Numbered from the stretch's first letter, positions 34,765 to 43,518 are shown. The stretch: 52,809 nt of DNA from Minisyncoccota bacterium (GCA_031973435.1 DALYDA010000002.1:1-52809), one strand, 5' to 3'. The notes: generated by a model from the letters alone, not told the origin. Made by a program: numbers and translations.

Positions 34765-36210
34765 TTATATACTTATGTTATTAATCATTTCCTTCAATAT
34801 TTCATTTGCCATTTTTGGGTTTGCGCTTCCTTTCGATTCCTTCATGACCTGGCCAACTAGAAACTGGATAGAAGTCTCTTTGCCCGCCTTGTACTCCGCC
34901 ACAACAGATGGGTTTGAGTCTATAACTTTTTGTACAATCTCTTTAATTGCGCCTTCATCATGTTTCTGAATCATGTTGTTTTTCTCTGTGTACTCCCTAG
35001 GAGAGATATCTTCTTCTATCAAAACAGCCAATATGTCCTTTGCACCACGAGATGTAAGTTCACTTTTTGTATACATGTCGATAATCTCTGCGAAAGAAGT
35101 AGCTTTTGGTAGTCGTGCATTCTTGTTTATCTTTCTTATCCCTACAAGATCAGAAGTTGTGAAGTTAGATGCAGATTTTATCTTGTCTTTTTCTTTTAGT
35201 ATGTTTGAAACTTCTTCAAACCAAAAACCAAGCTCTGTGTCATTCACATAACTTTCTATGTCCTCATCTTTGATTCCAAAATTCTCTCTGTAACGTAGTC
35301 TTTTTTGTTCGGGTGTTTCAGGAAGTGCGCCTATCTTTTCGAAATTCTCGCCAAATATTTCCTGTAAATAAAACTTTGGTATATCAGGCTCTGGGAAGTA
35401 TCTGTAGTCGTGGGCGTTTTCTTTGGATCGTTGTGAGAATGTAGATTGCTTGGCTTCATCCCAGCCTCTTGTTTCCTGTACGATTTCATCTCCCCTGTCT
35501 GCTTCGATAAGTTTTTTCATTCTCGAGTATTCAAATATCATTGCTCTCTCAACACTCTTGAAAGAGTTGAGATTTTTCACTTCAACTTTCGTGCCGAACT
35601 GACCTTTGGTTGGTGACACAGAAATATTTGCCTCTACTCGCATTTCACCTTTTTCCATGTTTGCTTCCGATACACCGAGGTACCACAACAGCAATTGCAG
35701 TTCTTTTGCAAAGTTGGACGCCATTTTCGAGGCTTCGATATCTGTTTCGAAAGTGTGTGGCTCTGTTACGAGCTCCATGAGTGGCACACCTGATCTGTTG
35801 TAGTCTACTAAGGTAAAGTCACCTTTGTCATGCTTGGAGTTCGCTGTATCTTCTTCTAGATGAATACGGGTTATATCGAAGCCTGCAAGCTTTCCTCCTG
35901 TTACGATAGGGTGTTTATACTGACTGAGCTGGTACCCTTTTGGTATGTCAGGATAAAAATAGTTTTTTCGGTCAAACTCCGTAAAGTTTGCAATATTTGC
36001 GTCTATTGCAAGACCAACCTTTACTACAGATTTTATTGCCTCAAGGTTCGGCATTGGAAGAGTGCCAGGATGCGCCATACAAATAGGGCAAATGTTTTTA
36101 TTTGGTGATTCCTCGTCAGGGTCATTTCTGCAACCACAAAACATCTTGCTCAGAGTTTTGAGCTCCGCATGCACTTCTAGTCCAACCGTATAATAAAAGG
36201 TTGTATCCAT
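34765..36210 (-). CDS. gatB: Asp/Glu-tRNA amidotransferase subunit B
   Basis: VGLEVHAEL start region. ATG 36210 preferred because a TATAAT lies inside the longer ORF. Confidence 0.92.
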   Translation of the reverse strand: MDTTFYYTVGLEVHAELKTLSKMFCGCRNDPDEESPNKNICPICMAHPGTLPMPNLEAIKSVVKVGLAIDANIANFTEFDRKNYFYPDIPKGYQLSQYKHPIVTGGKLAGFDITRIHLEEDTANSKHDKGDFTLVDYNRSGVPLMELVTEPHTFETDIEASKMASNFAKELQLLLWYLGVSEANMEKGEMRVEANISVSPTKGQFGTKVEVKNLNSFKSVERAMIFEYSRMKKLIEADRGDEIVQETRGWDEAKQSTFSQRSKENAHDYRYFPEPDIPKFYLQEIFGENFEKIGALPETPEQKRLRYRENFGIKDEDIESYVNDTELGFWFEEVSNILKEKDKIKSASNFTTSDLVGIRKINKNARLPKATSFAEIIDMYTKSELTSRGAKDILAVLIEEDISPREYTEKNNMIQKHDEGAIKEIVQKVIDSNPSVVAEYKAGKETSIQFLVGQVMKESKGSANPKMANEILKEMINNISI

Positions 36211-36299
36211 AAATATATTCCAATTATAGCGAATTTTTCCATAATATATAAGTTTGACAAAATCCCTATATGTGATAATATAATTCAAAATGTTAACAT

Positions 36300-36713
36300 A
36301 TGGATATATCCGAAGGATATGTGAGCGTGCTTATAGTTGACGATCACCCTCCTACAAGGAGGTTGCATCAGCTAGCTTTTTGCGAGGCCGCAGCTGAGAC
36401 TGGGCAATCACCACTTTTTAAATTTGCTACCACTATCACGGAAGCAAAAAATTGGATGGGGCAAAAAGATTTTGACCTTGTGGTTTTGGATGGTAATTTG
36501 CCAGACGGTACTTTCAAGGACTTTTTCGTTCCTGGAAAAAAATATGGGTCCAACATGAAAGTTCATGTGGTGAGCAATTCCTTGGAGTCTGTGTCGCAAG
36601 CAAATGAGCATGAAAATATTTGGAGTGCCCACCCAAAACCGTTTAATCACTATGAAACGGTAGAGTTGTTCAAAGAGTTTTTGAGCAACTTAATTCCACA
36701 AAAAACTGTATAA
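36300..36713 (+). CDS. Stand-alone response-regulator receiver domain
   Basis: 137 aa; LIVDDHP, DLVVLDGNLPDG, HPKPF (CheY-like D-D/D/K positions). No output domain. Confidence 0.7.
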   Translation: MDISEGYVSVLIVDDHPPTRRLHQLAFCEAAAETGQSPLFKFATTITEAKNWMGQKDFDLVVLDGNLPDGTFKDFFVPGKKYGSNMKVHVVSNSLESVSQANEHENIWSAHPKPFNHYETVELFKEFLSNLIPQKTV

Positions 36714-36725
36714 CCAATACAGTTT

Positions 36726-37643
36726 TTATTTTTCTAGAACTTTATTTACAAGAGCGAGTGTGTCTACGAACCTCCCTTCTTTTGTTGACCCAAGGACAAC
36801 TATGACGATAGGATGAAGTGGTGCTTTTTCGAAAACTATACCTAGTGCTCCTCCAGAGATATATGTATATCCAGTTTTTGACAGTGACAATGCTGGGATC
36901 ATGTTGGTATAAGGGTTGGTGTTTTTGTAAATGAGCGCATCCCCTTTCATGTCAGAAATAGAAAGATTGTTTGTGGAAGTGATATCGAGTAGCTCGGGTT
37001 TCATTGTGTAGATATATGAAAGTAATATAGACATATCCTTCGCAGTAGAGAGAGACCCATGTTCACTTCCCTCATCTAGTCCACTTTCATTGTAAAAAAC
37101 AGTGTTTGTCATACCTATATCCAATGACTTTTTATTCATTAGTGAAAGAGTATTTTCATTCTCGGCAATATTTTTGTTTATATACCTAGATATGGCATGT
37201 GCGCCGTCGTTTGAAGAAGTCAAAAGTGTAAGCTTGACTAGCTCATCTAATGTGAAAATGTCGCCAGATCTCAATCCTTGGCTGTCTGGTTTTTCCAAAT
37301 CTTCCTCTGTAATAGTAAGCTCGGTAGTTCCTGCTAATGATTCAGTTGCAATTATGGAGGTCATAAGTTTTGTGAGTGAAGCAACTGGTACTCTCTTTTC
37401 AATATTCTTTGCATACAGTACGCAGTTTGTCTTTATGTCATAAACTATCGCATTTTGTGCGAGTACTAAATTTTCCGAAAGATTCATCGTATCAGTACAT
37501 TTATCGGTAATTACAGCTGGCTCTGTTGTTACTCTGTCTACTGTGTTTCTCATCAAAAAATAAATACAAACTGAAAAAAATATCACAATTAGAAGTTGTG
37601 ATATTTCTTTTTTTGGAATTGTAAGATTATTCAGGGTCTTCAT
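36726..37643 (-). CDS. D-alanyl-D-alanine carboxypeptidase (S11)
   Basis: SLTK (SxxK), SSND (SxN), KTGYT (KTG) motifs; N-terminal TM. Confidence 0.85.
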   Translation of the reverse strand: MKTLNNLTIPKKEISQLLIVIFFSVCIYFLMRNTVDRVTTEPAVITDKCTDTMNLSENLVLAQNAIVYDIKTNCVLYAKNIEKRVPVASLTKLMTSIIATESLAGTTELTITEEDLEKPDSQGLRSGDIFTLDELVKLTLLTSSNDGAHAISRYINKNIAENENTLSLMNKKSLDIGMTNTVFYNESGLDEGSEHGSLSTAKDMSILLSYIYTMKPELLDITSTNNLSISDMKGDALIYKNTNPYTNMIPALSLSKTGYTYISGGALGIVFEKAPLHPIVIVVLGSTKEGRFVDTLALVNKVLEK

Positions 37644-38199
37644 TTTCTGTTTTTGCCGGGGTCACTTCAGGAACACCTTTGGACAGAAGTATCGCGTTGA
37701 AAGTCTCGTATGAAGGTAACATAGAAGTATTTTCTACTCCGATATATGACAGGAGGTCCATCGAAGGCTTGTATAGTACTTTTCTAGAGTCTAATGGGTC
37801 TGTATATTTCTCAACCAATCCTCGGATAGCAAGCATACGTAATATAAATGTAGAGTTAACTCCTCTTACGTAATCTATATCAGCTCTTGTTACAGAGTTT
37901 CTATATAGAACTATAGCAAGAGTCTCAAGAGCTGGCTTGGAAAGTTCCTTCGACAAAGTCTCTTTGTTTGCCTCTGTTATGAGTTTCTCGAGATCTTCAT
38001 GAGTACGTATCTCTACCTGGTCCTCTGTTTCCAAGAGTCTAACTCCTCTTTGTAAAAGGTTCGCGTGTAGTTGTATACATGCTTCGTCAACAGCACTCTT
38101 GCTAACAGAAAATACTTGGGCAAGGTCTTTTTTGTCCACTGGTTCTCCTTTCCAAAAGAGATAGCCTTCAATTTTTGCTTCTAAACTTATTTGGTTCAT
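37627..38199 (-). CDS. scpB: Segregation and condensation protein B
   Basis: 190 aa, two winged-helix repeats. Downstream of scpA. Confidence 0.85.
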   Translation of the reverse strand: MNQISLEAKIEGYLFWKGEPVDKKDLAQVFSVSKSAVDEACIQLHANLLQRGVRLLETEDQVEIRTHEDLEKLITEANKETLSKELSKPALETLAIVLYRNSVTRADIDYVRGVNSTFILRMLAIRGLVEKYTDPLDSRKVLYKPSMDLLSYIGVENTSMLPSYETFNAILLSKGVPEVTPAKTENEDPE

Positions 38200-38208
38200 A
38201 AATATATT

Positions 38209-38979
38209 TTACAATTCTACCATGTTTTCTGCAGAAGTTTCCTCTTCCCATTTTACTATTGTCATATCTTCAAATCTGTCATTTTGCAAAGCATCTACTA
38301 TTCCCTCTCGTATGAGCTCCAAAAGTGCCAAAAATGAAACTATGGTCACTACCTTTACTTCCTCCTTTGTCTTTCCTTTAGATTCAGCAGAGCAGAAGTC
38401 ACTAAATGAAGTATTGAGTGCCGATTGTACTCTCTCAGTGATCTTTTCTATCATCGAGTCTATGTTGACGGTTATCTTTACAGATATTTCTTGCAAACTT
38501 TCCTTTTCTTCAGGCAGAGAATTTACAACAGACTTTATTGCTTCTAGAATGGAATTCTGATTTATGTCAGGTGTCGGAGCAAATATCTTCCCGACCTTTC
38601 TTTCTCTGAGGGGTTGGGTTCTTCCTTTTTGATTTATTAAATGAGTACGTAACAATTCTACAGACTCACTAATCTTCTTGTATAAGAATAGTCTTTCTTC
38701 TAGTTTTGACACGTCTCCTTTTTCTTCTTCAGTTAGTTCTAGGTTCGGGAGTAGTGACCTCGCTTTTATAAGTATAAGTGTCGCAGATATAGATATAAAG
38801 TTTGTAATCTCACCTACGTCTCTGCCGGTAAGATTTTTGATATAAGAGATATACTCATTTGTAACATCAGCGAGAGATATGTCGTTGATGAAGAGCTTTC
38901 TTGATTCTATCAGGTGAAGCAAGAGCTCGAGTGGTCCCTCGAACTCTTTTGTTTTTATTTTGTAGGCCTCTTTGTCCAT
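38209..38979 (-). CDS. scpA: Segregation and condensation protein A
   Basis: FEGPLELLLHLIE kleisin N-terminus. ATG 38979 preferred (TGgTACAAT 8 nt upstream). Confidence 0.85.
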   Translation of the reverse strand: MDKEAYKIKTKEFEGPLELLLHLIESRKLFINDISLADVTNEYISYIKNLTGRDVGEITNFISISATLILIKARSLLPNLELTEEEKGDVSKLEERLFLYKKISESVELLRTHLINQKGRTQPLRERKVGKIFAPTPDINQNSILEAIKSVVNSLPEEKESLQEISVKITVNIDSMIEKITERVQSALNTSFSDFCSAESKGKTKEEVKVVTIVSFLALLELIREGIVDALQNDRFEDMTIVKWEEETSAENMVEL

Positions 38980-39062
38980 GTGGGTATATTGTACCAGTCG
39001 TGACGGTAGAAAAGAATTGACATTTGGAACAAATAATTGTATCATCGGAAAAAATTAAAAAC

Positions 39063-39503
39063 ATGCTAGATCAAAGGATCCTGGAGCAAAGACTTCAAGA
39101 GCAAGTAGGCTTTTTCTGCGTTACGCAGAATAGGCTTATAAATGTTGTGAAAAAGTTTTTGCTTGAAATGAGAAGTAAAGATGATGTTCCTTTTACTGTT
39201 TTTGCCAGAAATGACAAAGATGGGATAGTGTCTGAAACATTTAGTCATTCCTTTCGTTTCTCTAACAATAAGATTATTGGAAAGAATACCAAATCATTTT
39301 TCATTGGGAAGCCAAAAAATGGCACAATATTGAAGTTTGAAATCCCAAATCAGATTTCAATATGCTTTGTCTGTAGAATGGAAGATATCCACCACATAGA
39401 CAAAACAATGGAACTTGTGTTTGATATTTGTTCCGTGCATATTGAGCAAAACAAAGACAAGATTTGTGAAATACAAATACCAGTACCCGCACCTCAGTCG
39501 TAG
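39063..39503 (+). CDS. Hypothetical protein
   Basis: ORF 39024..39503. ATG 39063 avoids overlap with the scpA promoter region. Terminator follows. Confidence 0.5.
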   Translation: MLDQRILEQRLQEQVGFFCVTQNRLINVVKKFLLEMRSKDDVPFTVFARNDKDGIVSETFSHSFRFSNNKIIGKNTKSFFIGKPKNGTILKFEIPNQISICFVCRMEDIHHIDKTMELVFDICSVHIEQNKDKICEIQIPVPAPQS

Positions 39504-39516
39504 TTGCGGGTTTTTT
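39486..39516 (+). terminator. Terminator containing the stop codon of 39063..39503
   Basis: CCCGCA-13 nt-TGCGGG followed by T6. Confidence 0.7.
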
Positions 39517-39571
39517 ATTTTCTGCTATATTTACTACATGTTAATTAGTCGCACATGCTCATGGCTAAAGC

Positions 39572-39600
39572 GCATTCATTTCTATATGAATGCTATTTTT
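39572..39600 (+). terminator. Terminator-like hairpin with no assigned gene
   Basis: GCATTCAT-TTCTAT-ATGAATGC followed by TATTTTT. Confidence 0.45.
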
Positions 39601-39668
39601 GGCTTGTGCCTGTGCTCAAACACCACTCCTCTATCTATATAACTATTTAGAAAAGTATTGAACAAAGA

Positions 39669-39695
39669 CACCAGCCAAAAAAGCTGGTGATTTTT
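39669..39695 (+). terminator. Terminator-like hairpin with no assigned gene
   Basis: CACCAGC-CAAAAAA-GCTGGTG followed by ATTTTT. Confidence 0.45.
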
Positions 39696-39751
39696 GTAAC
39701 TTAAAAATTGAATAATAATATCTATTTCACAACCAAACCCGTATTTAACTT

Positions 39752-39865
39752 ATGAAAAAGATTACTGAAAAAAGCAAGAAGAAGATCGATCGTAAGAGAA
39801 AGATCAAAATCGTACCTTTTGTGAGAAAAAAAGGTGATGAAAAAAGAACATTTAGTTGGCTCTAA
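39752..39865 (+). CDS. Candidate 37-aa very basic peptide, possibly the 5' part of a frameshifted gene
   Basis: MKKITEKSKKKIDRKRKIKIVPFVRKKGDEKRTFSWL. Overlaps the next ORF in another frame across an A7 run. Confidence 0.3.
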   Translation: MKKITEKSKKKIDRKRKIKIVPFVRKKGDEKRTFSWL

Positions 39866-40106
39866 AACCAATATATTTATGAAAACGAAGGATATTCAGC
39901 CGGAAGATTTGGCGCAAGGTGCCAACCCCGACAGCACAAAGGATCCTATGAGTCACAATTATCACTCAGACAGATTCGATGGAGATGTGTCTTGGAGTAT
40001 AGTAGATCAGAATACCATCAGGTCTCACGACATAGATGGTAGCAGATCAAGTCCCGACATTGATTCATGCTCCAGTAGTTTTTGGGGTGGGATAGATAGA
40101 GAATAG
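39837..40106 (+). CDS. Hypothetical protein (89 aa)
   Basis: Track ORF from GTG 39834, with an ATG at 39837. Followed by a bidirectional terminator. Confidence 0.45.
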   Translation: MKKEHLVGSKTNIFMKTKDIQPEDLAQGANPDSTKDPMSHNYHSDRFDGDVSWSIVDQNTIRSHDIDGSRSSPDIDSCSSSFWGGIDRE

Positions 40107-40107
40107 C

Positions 40108-40135
40108 AAAAAGCCCTTATCTATAAGGGCTTTTC
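40108..40135. terminator. Bidirectional terminator
   Basis: AAAAGCCCTTA-TCTA-TAAGGGCTTTT. Confidence 0.75.
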
Positions 40136-41482
40136 TTATTTTGCTTTCTTCCCAAATAGGGACCAAGATAGAGCTAGTGCTTTCCTTACGTGTCCAACTT
40201 CATAGTTTTCATCTACGGCGTGCATTCTACAGTCTTCATTTGCAAGCGGAGCGAGGATCTGCGGGACTCCTAGAAGTCTATCTATTTCTGTTACGATCGG
40301 AAGTGTTGCACCGCAGTGCTTCACAAGAACCTTTTTCTTGTATATTTTTTCCATCATTTTCTTTATATTTCCAGTGTATTCATTTTCCACATCGAGTCTC
40401 ACTCCTTTACTGGACTCTCCTGCTTTGAATATTACTTCAGCATGTTTGGGTGAAATCTGTTTTATGTACAAAGAAACTTTTTTTGCTATCTCTCGTGGGT
40501 CTTGTTCTGGAACCAAACGGAAGTTTAGCTTTGCTGTGGCTGTGTGAGGAACACTATTTCGAAATCCTACACCAGTGTATCCAGAAGAAAGTCCTGTAAC
40601 CTGAACAGTTGGGCGGAATCCGACTTGTGTGTGGAAGTTGTGTCCTTTCTCTAGAAGCATGTTTTTTATCCCTGTTACACTTTTTACACCAGAGAGTGAG
40701 AAAGGAAGATTCTTGGAGTCGGTAAGTTGGCTTTTGCTAACATCAGGTACATTCTCATAAAATCCTGGAATAGAAACTGTATAACTTTCTTCGTCGAAAA
40801 GCTTGTCGAGCATGATAGTTAGTTCGTGTGCAGCGTTCGGCACTGCTCCACCGTATAGTCCTGAGTGGAGATCTCTGTCACTTGTGTTTATGGTGAGAGT
40901 TGCATTTAGTACACCACGAAAGCCTGCTTCAAGTGTCGGATAACATGCAGAGATCTCACCATCTGAGATAAGAACGAAATCTGAAGCGATAATGTCCCTA
41001 TTCTCCTTCAAAAATCCTGCTATATCCCCTGTTCCACTTTCTTCATCGCCTTCTATAAGAAATGTTACGTTGTAGTTAAGAGATTTCTTCTTTATCAGGG
41101 AAAATATAGTAGCCATGTGGATGGATACCTGGCCTTTGTTGTCTACTGCACCACGTGCTATTAGTCGTCCTTTTGATTCTCGAAGTGTAAATGGATCACT
41201 CTTCCAGCCGTCCTCCTTGCTTGCTGGTTGGACATCGTAGTGACCGTAGATTAGACACGTCTTTAGTAGTTGGTGGACAGTATAATGTGCCACAACTATC
41301 GGGTTGCCGTACCCTTCTACAATGTGAACAGAAAAGTCATTCTTCTCAAAGACGCTTTTGAGCCAGCTGGCAGTTGCTCTAATCTTCGGCTTGAATATAG
41401 GATCAGTAGATACACTTTCGAACCCTATGAATTCTCCTAGAAGTTTTTTGTAATCACTATATAGATTTTTCGGTGCTTGCAT
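40136..41482 (-). CDS. M20-family metallopeptidase (dipeptidase/ArgE-DapE-like)
   Basis: HYDVQP, GRGAVDNKG, EGDEESG motifs. ATG 41482 preferred (terminator and TATACT lie inside the longer ORF). Confidence 0.85.
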   Translation of the reverse strand: MQAPKNLYSDYKKLLGEFIGFESVSTDPIFKPKIRATASWLKSVFEKNDFSVHIVEGYGNPIVVAHYTVHQLLKTCLIYGHYDVQPASKEDGWKSDPFTLRESKGRLIARGAVDNKGQVSIHMATIFSLIKKKSLNYNVTFLIEGDEESGTGDIAGFLKENRDIIASDFVLISDGEISACYPTLEAGFRGVLNATLTINTSDRDLHSGLYGGAVPNAAHELTIMLDKLFDEESYTVSIPGFYENVPDVSKSQLTDSKNLPFSLSGVKSVTGIKNMLLEKGHNFHTQVGFRPTVQVTGLSSGYTGVGFRNSVPHTATAKLNFRLVPEQDPREIAKKVSLYIKQISPKHAEVIFKAGESSKGVRLDVENEYTGNIKKMMEKIYKKKVLVKHCGATLPIVTEIDRLLGVPQILAPLANEDCRMHAVDENYEVGHVRKALALSWSLFGKKAK

Positions 41483-41528
41483 AATCTTATTAGTATAAAG
41501 CATCTTAGGAGAAAATAAAAACCCGCAT

Positions 41529-41792
41529 TTAAGCGGTGATTTTTGCAACTGATTTTATGAAATCTGTTGCTTCTTCAAAAGAAGCTTCAATGTCATGGGA
41601 CTCTTTGAAAAAAGATACTTTTTTATTCTCAGAGAAAATAATGTAATTTATACCGCTTTTAAAAAAATCCTCAAACTCTTCTTTGAATAACGTGCTAATA
41701 GTAGTGTCAAAACCGCACGCCTCTGCTAATCCATGAATTTCTTCAAGTTCTCCTGGACTCAGGGTTTCAACTGCTAAATATATTCTTTTCAT
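41529..41792 (-). CDS. Hypothetical acidic protein (87 aa)
   Basis: ORF with a CCGC-TTAAAT-GCGG-T5 terminator at its 3' end. Confidence 0.5.
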   Translation of the reverse strand: MKRIYLAVETLSPGELEEIHGLAEACGFDTTISTLFKEEFEDFFKSGINYIIFSENKKVSFFKESHDIEASFEEATDFIKSVAKITA

Positions 41793-41842
41793 ATAACATC
41801 AATTTTAATAGAGAATACACTTTTATTCTATACTTGTAAAAT

Positions 41843-41871
41843 AAAAGGCCGAGCAAATTGCTCGGCTTTTT
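41843..41871 (-). terminator. Terminator after aspS
   Basis: GCCGAGCAA/TTGCTCGGC stem flanked by A/T runs. Confidence 0.7.
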
Positions 41872-41872
41872 A

Positions 41873-43198
41873 CTATTTCGAAAGTCTCTGGTCTATTCGG
41901 TTTATGTCTCGTGGAAAAAGAGTTGCTTCTTTTACATTCTCAATTCCTAGGAACTTCTGTGTTAGTCTCTCGAGCCCCATCCCGATTCCTCCGTGTGGCG
42001 GAAGTCCGTATTTGAAGGCCATAAGGTAAAATTCGAACCTTGCCGGATCTAGTCCCTTTGATTTAATCTTTTCAATCAACATGTCGTACTCGTGAACTCT
42101 CTGACTTCCAGAGATGATCTCAACTCCACGGAATAACAAGTCGAAACTTTTTGTCATTCCTAGGTCTTCTGGGTCTTCCATTGTATAGAACGGTCTCTTT
42201 GAAACAGGATAGTGTGTGACAAAGATAAAGTCACTTCCAAGATTGTTTTTTGAATACTCACAAAGCCATCTTTCGTCTTCTGGATCAAGATCTGGTTCTG
42301 TTGTCTTGTCCACTCCAGTTTCCTTTTTTATAAGTTCCTGAACTTCTCGAAGCTTTATAACTGGGAATTTCTCTGGAGCAAGAGGAGCTTCAATTCCGAA
42401 GATTTCCAATTCTTTTGCATTTTTCTCTATGACTTCTTTTGTCATGTATCGAAGTGTGTTTGAAATCATATCCATCACATCTGTATGGTCTTTGATGAAT
42501 CCCATTTCGATATCGAGCATGGATATTTCGTTTAGATGACGAGAAGTTGCATGCTTCTCTGCACGGAATTGTGGTCCTGCTGCATACACCCTCTCATAAA
42601 CACCAACCATGATCTGTTTGTATAGTTGAGGTGAAGTTGCAAGATATGCTGGCTGATCATAAAGATATTCAATCTTGAATATTCCAGCTCCTCCTTCTGC
42701 GTCATCCCCTACTATCTTTGGCGCTTGAAATTCTGTGAAGCCTTGTGTGTTTAGATATTCACGGAATCCTGTTAGAAGTGTGTGTTGAACCTTGAATATT
42801 GATTGCTCCTTCTCCCGACGAAGAGTAAGAGGTCTGTAATCTAGAAGTGTGTCTAGATTTAGTTCTGCATCTGTTGCGAAAGGAAGTTCATGAGCAGGTG
42901 ATAGGACTATTATTTCCAATATTTCTAGTTCGATATCACCATTCTTTTTTCCTGCTTGCTTATTTTTCTCAGGACGTTCATTTACTTTTCCTTTTACTTC
43001 TACAACCCACTCAGAGCGTAGCAACTTCCCTGTATCCATTGCTTCGCTTCCAGGTAATATCACACCTTGTACCACTCCTGACCTATCTCTAAAGTCCAAG
43101 AAAATCATTTTCCCTTGATCACGACGGACGTTTATCCAACCATTGATTGTTACTTCTTCTCCCTTTTTTGATGATAATTCACCTATTATTGTACGCAT
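41873..43198 (-). CDS. aspS: Aspartyl-tRNA synthetase, archaeal/type-2 form
   Basis: 441 aa; class II motifs FRAEKHATSRHLNE, GLPPHGGIGMGLERL; N-terminal OB fold. T-box leader upstream. Confidence 0.9.
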   Translation of the reverse strand: MRTIIGELSSKKGEEVTINGWINVRRDQGKMIFLDFRDRSGVVQGVILPGSEAMDTGKLLRSEWVVEVKGKVNERPEKNKQAGKKNGDIELEILEIIVLSPAHELPFATDAELNLDTLLDYRPLTLRREKEQSIFKVQHTLLTGFREYLNTQGFTEFQAPKIVGDDAEGGAGIFKIEYLYDQPAYLATSPQLYKQIMVGVYERVYAAGPQFRAEKHATSRHLNEISMLDIEMGFIKDHTDVMDMISNTLRYMTKEVIEKNAKELEIFGIEAPLAPEKFPVIKLREVQELIKKETGVDKTTEPDLDPEDERWLCEYSKNNLGSDFIFVTHYPVSKRPFYTMEDPEDLGMTKSFDLLFRGVEIISGSQRVHEYDMLIEKIKSKGLDPARFEFYLMAFKYGLPPHGGIGMGLERLTQKFLGIENVKEATLFPRDINRIDQRLSK

Positions 43199-43216
43199 GT
43201 ATTATTTTCGAGAGAC

Positions 43217-43385
43217 AAAAAATCGCCTCTACAATTATCTATTGATAAGTGCAGGGGCGATTTTTGGTCGCGGTGCCACCCTACTTTTCGACTCATTGAG
43301 CTATAACGGGCAAACCCGTGGATCTCTCCATGTCCTCCCCGTGTGTCAGACGGATCCGTGGATAACTTTATCCTACTATGAAAAA
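43217..43385 (-). promoter_or_regulatory. T-box riboswitch leader of aspS
   Basis: T-box sequence GUAGGGUGGCACCGCGA (43284..43268). Antiterminator: A1 GUAGGG/CCCUGC, 7-nt bulge UGGCACC, A2 GCGA/UCGC. Competing 15-bp terminator hairpin plus U6 (43260..43217). F-box CCGUUA (43309..43304) after the CGGG-UUUG-CCCG hairpin. AGAGA at 43327..43323. Confidence 0.85.
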
Positions 43386-43415
43386 CAAGTACCCGCAAGA
43401 ACATTGCAGGTACTT
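43381..43415 (-). terminator. 12-bp hairpin plus U5 between the ABC transporter gene and the T-box core
   Basis: Minus strand AAGTACCTGCAA-TGTTC-TTGCGGGTACTT-GTTTTT. Confidence 0.6.
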
Positions 43416-43518
43416 TGAAACATATAGCCTAGATTAGAAAGGGTACTTACGTGTACGAGTTCTCCTTACTCGGAATGAACCGGACCATAGCTTCATGTGT
43501 CACATTAACACAACTTTA

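Noticed and set aside
36211-36288. Long N-terminal extensions offered by the ORF track (gatB 36288, rplU 49283, corA 49266, rpiB 31561, scpA 39045, M20 41548, 22032, 22780, 32069)
   Set aside because: Promoter -10 elements, terminators or upstream gene ends fall inside these extensions. Conserved protein N-termini begin at the internal ATGs.
43358-43365. DnaA-box-like TTATCCAC (minus strand)
   Set aside because: It is a single copy, lies inside a hairpin of the aspS leader, and is not part of a box cluster or an AT-rich DUE.
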